Positions 58,233 through 64,000 of a DNA stretch of 64,000 bases are shown here, piece after piece; within the stretch, counting starts at the first letter, position 1; each line of letters starts with the position of its first letter. Source of the DNA: Gemmatimonadaceae bacterium (lineage in GTDB: Bacteria; Gemmatimonadota; Gemmatimonadetes; Gemmatimonadales; Gemmatimonadaceae); assembly GCA_040901985.1 (NCBI GenBank), contig JBBDYC010000008.1, positions 250,626 through 314,625 on the forward strand, read 5' to 3'. The notes under the pieces are model-generated. The model worked only from the letters and a program-made list of their open reading frames with translations, was not told the origin of the DNA and made no database searches. Position numbers and translations under genes: made by a program.

Positions 58233-58423
58233 GCGCGGCGAGCGCGGTGGCCTCGGCGGTCTTCATCCAGTCCCAGCGCGGCCGCGGCGCGGCGATCCAG
58301 GGCAGGAGGAAAATTGCCAGCCGCACGCGTCGAGGGGCCGGGTCCCAACACCACCACGCGCGGCTTCAGCATCGCGATGCGGCGCTTGGATTGCGTGGCG
58401 CAGCAGCCAGCCCAACGACGGGG

Positions 58424-58466
58424 TTGACTTCGTGCGCCAGCGCACTAAAGTTAGGATGTGCGAAAT
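58424..58466 (+). promoter_or_regulatory. sigma70-type promoter (TTGACT-N16-TAAAGT) with palindromic operator candidates
   Basis: TTCGTGCGC-CA-GCGCACTAA (58429-58448, 8/9 inverted match); adjacent TTAGGATGTGCGAA; GTG start 7 nt after -10. Confidence 0.6.
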
Positions 58467-59708
58467 CTTACCATCCTCCTCACCGCCACCCTCGTCAGTG
58501 CCTGCGACGCCGTCCTCCCGGGCGCGCCAGAGGCCGTAGACGAACTCGCCGGCACAGTCCCTGGACTGTCGGGCCCACAGACGGCGATGCACTTCGCCGG
58601 CGACGCAGAGTTCGCGCGGGTCTTCGGCGCCGCCGATGGACTCGGGCCCATCTTCGTCGCCGCCTCGTGTGAGTCGTGTCACGTCGGCGACGGCAAGGGT
58701 CACCCGCTCTTCAACATCACGCGGTTCGGCCGCGACACGCCGGGCGGGTTCGACCCGATGCGCGCTACGGGCGGGCCGCAGCTGCAGGACCGCGCGGTGC
58801 TCGGTTACCTCGCCGAGAGCGTACCGGTCGGCGCAACCGGCGTGGCACGTTTCACCGCGCCCATCGTCACCGGCCTCGGCTACCTCGAGGCGGTGGACGA
58901 CACCACGCTGCTCAACCTCGAGGATCCCACCGACGCCAACGCCGACGGGATCTCCGGCCGGGTGCAGCTCATCGAGGCAAGCGACCTGCTCGCCGAGGTG
59001 GTGTCGCTGGAGGCCATCGCCACCGACGGGCCGCCGTCGCGCGGAATGTTGATTGACGGCCAGTTCTACATCGGCCGCTTCGGCAAGAAGGCGCTCTCGG
59101 TGAACCTCCTGCAGCAGGTGGTGACGGCCTACCACCAGGATATGGGGATCACCAGCGACCTGATCCCGCACGAGATCTTCAATCCGGCGGTGGGCCCCTT
59201 CACCGGCGACGGGGCCCCCGAGCCGGAGGTGCCGGCGAGCGTGGTGAACGCGGTGACCTTCTATATAAAGACGCTCAAGGCGCCCCCGCGGCGGAACGTC
59301 TCGCACCCCGACGTGATCGCGGGGCAGGTGCTCTTCGACAACGGGCCCTGCGCGAGCTGTCACCTGCCGCAACTGACCACCGGCGCGTCGTCGCTCGCCG
59401 CCCTCGACCGCGTCACGTTCGCCCCGTACACGGACCTCCTCCTGCACGATATGGGGTCGGAGCTCGACGATGGCTACACGGAGGGACGCGCGACGACCTC
59501 GGAGTGGCGCACTGCGCCGCTCTGGGGCATCGGCCTCTCGGCGCGCTTCCAGGGCGGCTCGATGCACCTGCTCCACGACGGCCGCGCGAAATCCATCCCT
59601 GAGGCCGTGCAGTTCCACGGCGGCGAGGGGGCGGGGAGCCGCACCTGGTTCAACGGACTCACCGACGTCCAGCGTCGCCAGGTGATTGCCTACCTGATGT
59701 CCCTCTGA
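58458..59708 (+). CDS. di-heme oxidoreductase (DHOR family) c-type cytochrome lipoprotein
   Basis: Lipobox VSAC; GLGPIF..CESCH and CASCH; GRFGKKA; LLHDMG; WRTAPLWG; LHDGRA. Confidence 0.88.
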   Translation: MRNLTILLTATLVSACDAVLPGAPEAVDELAGTVPGLSGPQTAMHFAGDAEFARVFGAADGLGPIFVAASCESCHVGDGKGHPLFNITRFGRDTPGGFDPMRATGGPQLQDRAVLGYLAESVPVGATGVARFTAPIVTGLGYLEAVDDTTLLNLEDPTDANADGISGRVQLIEASDLLAEVVSLEAIATDGPPSRGMLIDGQFYIGRFGKKALSVNLLQQVVTAYHQDMGITSDLIPHEIFNPAVGPFTGDGAPEPEVPASVVNAVTFYIKTLKAPPRRNVSHPDVIAGQVLFDNGPCASCHLPQLTTGASSLAALDRVTFAPYTDLLLHDMGSELDDGYTEGRATTSEWRTAPLWGIGLSARFQGGSMHLLHDGRAKSIPEAVQFHGGEGAGSRTWFNGLTDVQRRQVIAYLMSL

Positions 59709-59710
59709 CG

Positions 59711-60130
59711 ATGGCGCAGACGATTGCCCGGCGGGCATTTCTCGCGACCTGTGCGGCGGTGCCGTTCGCCGGCGCCTGCGCGCGGATGACGTACGTGAGC
59801 GGGCGCCTCGATGGCGGCCGCGTCGTCGTCACCAAGGCCGCGCTCGGCGACGACGGCTTTGCGATGGTGGACGTCCCGACGCTCAACTTCCCGATCTACG
59901 TGCACCGGCACGGCGAGGACGACTATAGCGCGGTGCTGACGCGCTGTATGCATCGCGGCTGCACGGTGGAGCCGACGGCCGGCCGTCTGGTCTGTCCCTG
60001 CCACGGGAGCGAGTACACCGCCAGCGGCGCCGTGCTGAAGGGGCCGACCGAGCGCGCGCTGACCGCCTACCCGGTGACGACCGACGCCGAGCACATCTAC
60101 ATCCACGACGCCGTGCGGGAGCGCCGATGA
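59711..60130 (+). CDS. Tat-exported Rieske [2Fe-2S] (lipo)protein
   Basis: RRAFL twin-arginine, FAGAC lipobox; CMHRGC and CPCHGS; GPT. Confidence 0.9.
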   Translation: MAQTIARRAFLATCAAVPFAGACARMTYVSGRLDGGRVVVTKAALGDDGFAMVDVPTLNFPIYVHRHGEDDYSAVLTRCMHRGCTVEPTAGRLVCPCHGSEYTASGAVLKGPTERALTAYPVTTDAEHIYIHDAVRERR

Positions 60131-61332
60131 GCGCGCGAATGGTCGTGGTCGCAGTCGCGGTTTCGCTGGCAATGGCGCTCGTGCCGTCCGGCGTCCGCGC
60201 CCAGGAGCCGGCCGACACGGCACGCCGGCCCGTCCAGGACGGGATCTTCAACCGTCCCGTCGTGGCGTCGCTCGACCGCACGGCCATCGGCGGCTATGTC
60301 GAGGCCAACACCAACTACGCGCGCGAGGACGGGATCGGCGAGGGATTCTCGATGGAGCTTCGCCGCTTCAACATCTTCCTCTTCTCGGCCATCGGCTCGC
60401 GCATCCGCTTCATCTCCGAGCTCGAGTTCGAGCACGGGACGGAGGAGATCGCGCTGGAGACGGCGCTGCTGGACTTCACCGTCACGCCGTCGCTGGTGCT
60501 TCGCGCGGGCATCATCCTGCCGCCGGTTGGCGCGTTCAACGTGAATCACGACTCGCCGCGCTGGAATTTCGTGGACCGACCGCTCGTCTCCACCGAGATC
60601 ATCCCCGCCACGCTCTCGGAGATCGGATTCGGCGTGCACGGGCGCCTCGCGCCGCCGGGCTTCGGGCTCACCTACGACCTCTACGCCACCAACGGACTCG
60701 GCGACGGTGTGATCCTCAGTCCGTCCGGGCGCACGCGCCTCGGCGACGGCAAACGCGAGGAACAATTTGCCGAGGACAACAACGGCTCGCCGGCGTATTC
60801 GGGGCGGCTGGCTGCGCAGCACGCCACGCTCGGCGAGGTGGGCGTCTCGTTCTACACGGCGCTCTACAACAGCTTCCGCGCCGAGGGTGAGGAGGTGGAC
60901 GAGGCGCGGCGGGTGACGCTCGTCGCGCTCGACGGCGTGACGCAGGCGGGGCCGGTGGAGCTGCGCGGCGAGATGGCGTACGCGGCGGTGGACGTTCCCG
61001 ACGACCTGCGCGAACTCTTCGGGCATCGCCAGTTCGGCTGGCACCTCGACGCCTCGCTCCCCGTCTGGCGTCCGCGGCTGCGCGGCCTCGCGAACGCGGC
61101 GCTGCACGCCGACCTGCGGCTGGAGTACGTGGACTACAACATCGGCACCTTCTCGAGCACCGGCGGCAACATCGGCGACGAAGCGCGCGCCGTCGTGCTC
61201 GGCGCGAGCTTCCGGCCGGTGAGCGGCACGGTCTTCAAGGCGAACTATCGGCGGCAGTGGACGCGCGACCTGTTGAACAACGAGCCGGCGAACCTGGGCG
61301 CCATACAGCTTGGATTCGCGACCTACTTCTAA
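60127..61332 (+). CDS. outer-membrane beta-barrel / porin-like protein
   Basis: Signal peptide; alternating beta strands; ELEFEH, DRPLV; C-terminal ATYF. Confidence 0.75.
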   Translation: MSARMVVVAVAVSLAMALVPSGVRAQEPADTARRPVQDGIFNRPVVASLDRTAIGGYVEANTNYAREDGIGEGFSMELRRFNIFLFSAIGSRIRFISELEFEHGTEEIALETALLDFTVTPSLVLRAGIILPPVGAFNVNHDSPRWNFVDRPLVSTEIIPATLSEIGFGVHGRLAPPGFGLTYDLYATNGLGDGVILSPSGRTRLGDGKREEQFAEDNNGSPAYSGRLAAQHATLGEVGVSFYTALYNSFRAEGEEVDEARRVTLVALDGVTQAGPVELRGEMAYAAVDVPDDLRELFGHRQFGWHLDASLPVWRPRLRGLANAALHADLRLEYVDYNIGTFSSTGGNIGDEARAVVLGASFRPVSGTVFKANYRRQWTRDLLNNEPANLGAIQLGFATYF

Positions 61333-61366
61333 CCGCCGGCGTGAGGTGTAAGGTGGGAGGTGTGAG

Positions 61367-62755
61367 GTGAACCCCACTGCGACTGCGCCCGACGGGCCGC
61401 TGCTTCCCATCACCGGGGAGCTGCCGGCGAAGGATGGGGGGTGGAAACACTCGCGGCCGACGCCCTCGCTCTCCGAGGTGTATCGGTCGATCCCGGTGAG
61501 CGGCGCGACCTGGTTCCGGAAGCTCCTCGCGTTCGCGGGGCCGGGGTACCTCGTGGCGGTCGGGTATATGGACCCGGGCAACTGGGCCACCGACCTCGCC
61601 GGCGGATCGAAGTACGGCTACACGCTCCTCTCGGTGATCCTGCTGGCCAACCTGATGGCCGTGCTGCTGCAGGGACTGTCGTCCAAGCTCGGCATCGTCA
61701 CCGGACGCGACCTCGCGCAGGCGTGCCGCGACCACTATTCGCGGCCGGTCTCGTTCGTCCTCTGGGTGCTCTGCGAACTGGCGATCGCCGCCTGCGACCT
61801 CGCCGAGGTGATCGGCACCGCCATCGCGCTCAACCTCCTCTTCGGCATCCCGCTCACCTGGGGCATCATCATCACCGCGGTGGACGTGATGCTGATCCTG
61901 TTGCTGCAGCAAAAGGGATTCCGGATCCTCGAGGCGATCGTCATCGTGCTGATGGCGACGATCGGCGCCTGCTTCCTCTTCGAGATCCTGATTTCGCGCC
62001 CCGATATGGTCGGCGTCGCCAAGGGGTTCATTCCCGACGCCTCGATCCTCAGCGACCAGGGCAAGCTCTACATCGCCATCGGGATCCTCGGCGCGACGGT
62101 GATGCCGCACAACCTGTACCTGCACAGCTCAATCGTGCAGACGCGGCGCTACGACGAAACGTACGCCGGCAAGAAGGAGGCGGTGAAGTACGCGTTCATT
62201 GACTCGACGATCGCGCTCTCGTTCGCGCTCTTCATCAATGCGGCAATCCTGGTCGTCGCCGCGGCGACCTTCCACACCACCGGCAACACCGAGGTCGCCG
62301 AGATCCAGGACGCCTACCAGCTGCTGACGCCGCTGCTCGGGGTGACCGGGGCGAGCGCGATGTTTGCGGTCGCACTGCTCGCCAGCGGCCAGAACTCGAC
62401 CCTCACCGGGACGCTCGCCGGCCAGATCGTGATGGAAGGGTTCCTCGACATCCGCCTGCGTCCCTGGCTGCGGCGCCTCATCACCCGGGCCATCGCCATC
62501 ATCCCGGCGGTGATCGTCAGCATCATCTATGGCGAGAGCGGCACCGCCAAGCTCCTCATCTTCTCGCAGGTCATCCTCAGCTTCCAGCTCGCCTTCGCGG
62601 TCTTCCCGCTGGTGCAGTTCACGAGCGACCGGGATAAGATGGGGAGCTTCGTGAATCCGCCCTGGCTCAAGGTGCTGGCGTGGGCGATTGCCGGCGTGAT
62701 CGCCTCGCTCAACATCTGGCTGCTTGTCCAGACCTTCCGCGGAGGGATGATCTGA
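61367..62755 (+). CDS. mntH: Nramp-family divalent metal (Mn2+/Fe2+) transporter
   Basis: [42 protein letters not shown]. Confidence 0.96.
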   Translation: MNPTATAPDGPLLPITGELPAKDGGWKHSRPTPSLSEVYRSIPVSGATWFRKLLAFAGPGYLVAVGYMDPGNWATDLAGGSKYGYTLLSVILLANLMAVLLQGLSSKLGIVTGRDLAQACRDHYSRPVSFVLWVLCELAIAACDLAEVIGTAIALNLLFGIPLTWGIIITAVDVMLILLLQQKGFRILEAIVIVLMATIGACFLFEILISRPDMVGVAKGFIPDASILSDQGKLYIAIGILGATVMPHNLYLHSSIVQTRRYDETYAGKKEAVKYAFIDSTIALSFALFINAAILVVAAATFHTTGNTEVAEIQDAYQLLTPLLGVTGASAMFAVALLASGQNSTLTGTLAGQIVMEGFLDIRLRPWLRRLITRAIAIIPAVIVSIIYGESGTAKLLIFSQVILSFQLAFAVFPLVQFTSDRDKMGSFVNPPWLKVLAWAIAGVIASLNIWLLVQTFRGGMI

Positions 62756-63246
62756 TGTACGGCCGCATCCTCGTCCCGCTCGAGAACACGCGCTGGGACC
62801 GCCTCATCCTCGACCACGTGCGCGCGCTCGCCAAGGTGCACGGGAGCGAGCTGCTGCTGATCCACGTGGCCGACGGCTTCGCCGCGCGCAACGTCGCCCA
62901 GCTCGACCTGCGGGAGAGCGAGGAGATGCGCAAGGACCGCACCTACCTCGACGAGCAGGCGGGCGCGCTGAAGGCCGACGGCTTCCGCGCCGACGCGATC
63001 CTCGCCTGCGGCGACCCGGGGACGGAGATCGCGTCGGCCGCCGACCGCGAGAAGTGCGACCTGATCGCAATGAGCACGCACGGCCACCGCTTCCTCGGCG
63101 ACCTCATCCACGGCTCGGTCGCGAACGACGTGCGCCACCGTTCGATGATCCCGGTCCTGCTGGTGCGCGGGAACCCCGACGCGGTGAAGGACGCGAAGGA
63201 CGCGGTGAAGGACGCGAAGGACGCGGTGAAGGACGCGAAGCCGTGA
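62755..63246 (+). CDS. universal stress protein
   Basis: [31 protein letters not shown]. Confidence 0.9.
   Translation: MYGRILVPLENTRWDRLILDHVRALAKVHGSELLLIHVADGFAARNVAQLDLRESEEMRKDRTYLDEQAGALKADGFRADAILACGDPGTEIASAADREKCDLIAMSTHGHRFLGDLIHGSVANDVRHRSMIPVLLVRGNPDAVKDAKDAVKDAKDAVKDAKP
63178..63240 (+). repeat. perfect 21-bp tandem repeat x3 (GACGCGGTGAAGGACGCGAAG; DAVKDAK)
   Basis: Read directly at the USP 3' end. Confidence 0.95.
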
Positions 63247-63902
63247 CGAAGCGGGCGCTGACCGGACAGGCCGAGGACTACCTCAAGGCGATCTACGAGC
63301 TCGAGCAGGGCGGCTCGGCAGCGGCGACGAACGACATCGCGGCCCGCCTCGGGATCGCGCCGGCGAGCGTCAGCGGGATGGTGCAGCGAATGGCGCGGCT
63401 CGGGCTCGTCACCGTCGAGCGCTACCGGGGCGCGCGACTGACCGAGGCGGGGCGCTCGGCGGCGCTGCAGCTCATCCGCCGGCACCGGATCATCGAGAGC
63501 TATCTCGTCGAGCGCCTCGGCTTCGGCTGGGAGGACGTGCACGACGAGGCCGAGCGGTTGGAGCACGCGGCGAGCGATGAGCTGATCGCGCGAATGGCCG
63601 AGGCGATCGGGAACCCCACCGCCGACCCGCACGGCGCGCCGATCCCGACCGCGGCCGGGGAGGTGGACGAGACGCGGCTCGAGAGCATCGAGGACCTCCC
63701 CGAGGGACGCACCGCGACCGTGGTGCGGATGTCGGACCGGGACCCGGAGTTCCTGCGCTACCTCGACGCGATGGGGATCCGTCCGGGGGCGACGGTGCGC
63801 CTGGCGGCCCGCGCGCCGTTCGGCGGGCCGCTGACGATTGAGGTGGAAGGCGCCGAGCACGCGGTGGGGAGCCACGCGGCGTCGCGGGTGTTCATTCGCT
63901 GA
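63243..63902 (+). CDS. DtxR/MntR-family metal-dependent repressor with C-terminal FeoA/SH3 domain
   Basis: EDYLKAIY, wHTH, RRHRIIE, VHDEAERLEH, DPHGAPIP, FeoA-like tail; GTGA coupling. Confidence 0.93.
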   Translation: MTKRALTGQAEDYLKAIYELEQGGSAAATNDIAARLGIAPASVSGMVQRMARLGLVTVERYRGARLTEAGRSAALQLIRRHRIIESYLVERLGFGWEDVHDEAERLEHAASDELIARMAEAIGNPTADPHGAPIPTAAGEVDETRLESIEDLPEGRTATVVRMSDRDPEFLRYLDAMGIRPGATVRLAARAPFGGPLTIEVEGAEHAVGSHAASRVFIR

Positions 63903-64000
63903 GACGCGGATGCAGGTGATATAACGTCAGTCATCCCCGTGGCGGGGGCGCCGGGGGGGGGGGGGGGGGGGGCGGCGGAGGTGGCGGCGGCGCCTGGTGA

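Noticed and set aside
58233..58457. yybP-ykoY manganese riboswitch upstream of the metal operon
   Set aside because: No recognisable conserved motif, and the promoter appears to abut the start codon; an Rfam scan would settle it
59711..60130. Cytochrome bc1 Rieske subunit (petA/qcrA)
   Set aside because: No adjacent cytochrome b; short lipoprotein-type protein
63178..63240. CRISPR array
   Set aside because: Repeats are contiguous with no spacers, lie within a CDS, and no cas genes are present
63953..63972. 20-nt poly-G run as G-quadruplex or phase-variation tract
   Set aside because: Lies at the extreme window end in low-complexity sequence; most likely a sequencing or contig-end artefact

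Overview
A very GC-rich (roughly 70% by eye), gene-dense bacterial window. Many ECF sigma factors, Hanks kinase-TPR proteins and uncharacterised lipoproteins suggest Gemmatimonadota (inference). About 60 real CDS; most ORF-track entries are antisense or off-frame shadows. Left to right: (1) ECF sigma/anti-sigma/DUF4097 operon; (2) Eco57I/TaqI-like adenine methyltransferase coupled to a frameshifted SNF2-like helicase; (3) metalloprotease-lipoprotein / Ig-lipoprotein / Ser-Thr kinase / small protein cluster; (4) MlaEFD-PqiC operon; (5) housekeeping enzymes; (6) an accessory redox/uptake block at ~21.8-33.4 kb where four copies of one ECF-type promoter motif precede a flavin disulfide reductase, an AhpD operon, a TonB receptor-YnjF pair and the ECF sigma/ZAS anti-sigma pair; (7) a phosphorelay whose last gene fuses HisKA-like, REC and Ser/Thr kinase domains; (8) more sensors and lipoproteins; (9) a six-gene di-heme DHOR / Rieske / porin / Nramp / USP / DtxR-MntR operon with a palindromic promoter, a candidate redox-coupled divalent-metal acquisition system. 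No rRNA, tRNA, CRISPR array or transposase was recognised. All calls come from motif reading, not database searches.
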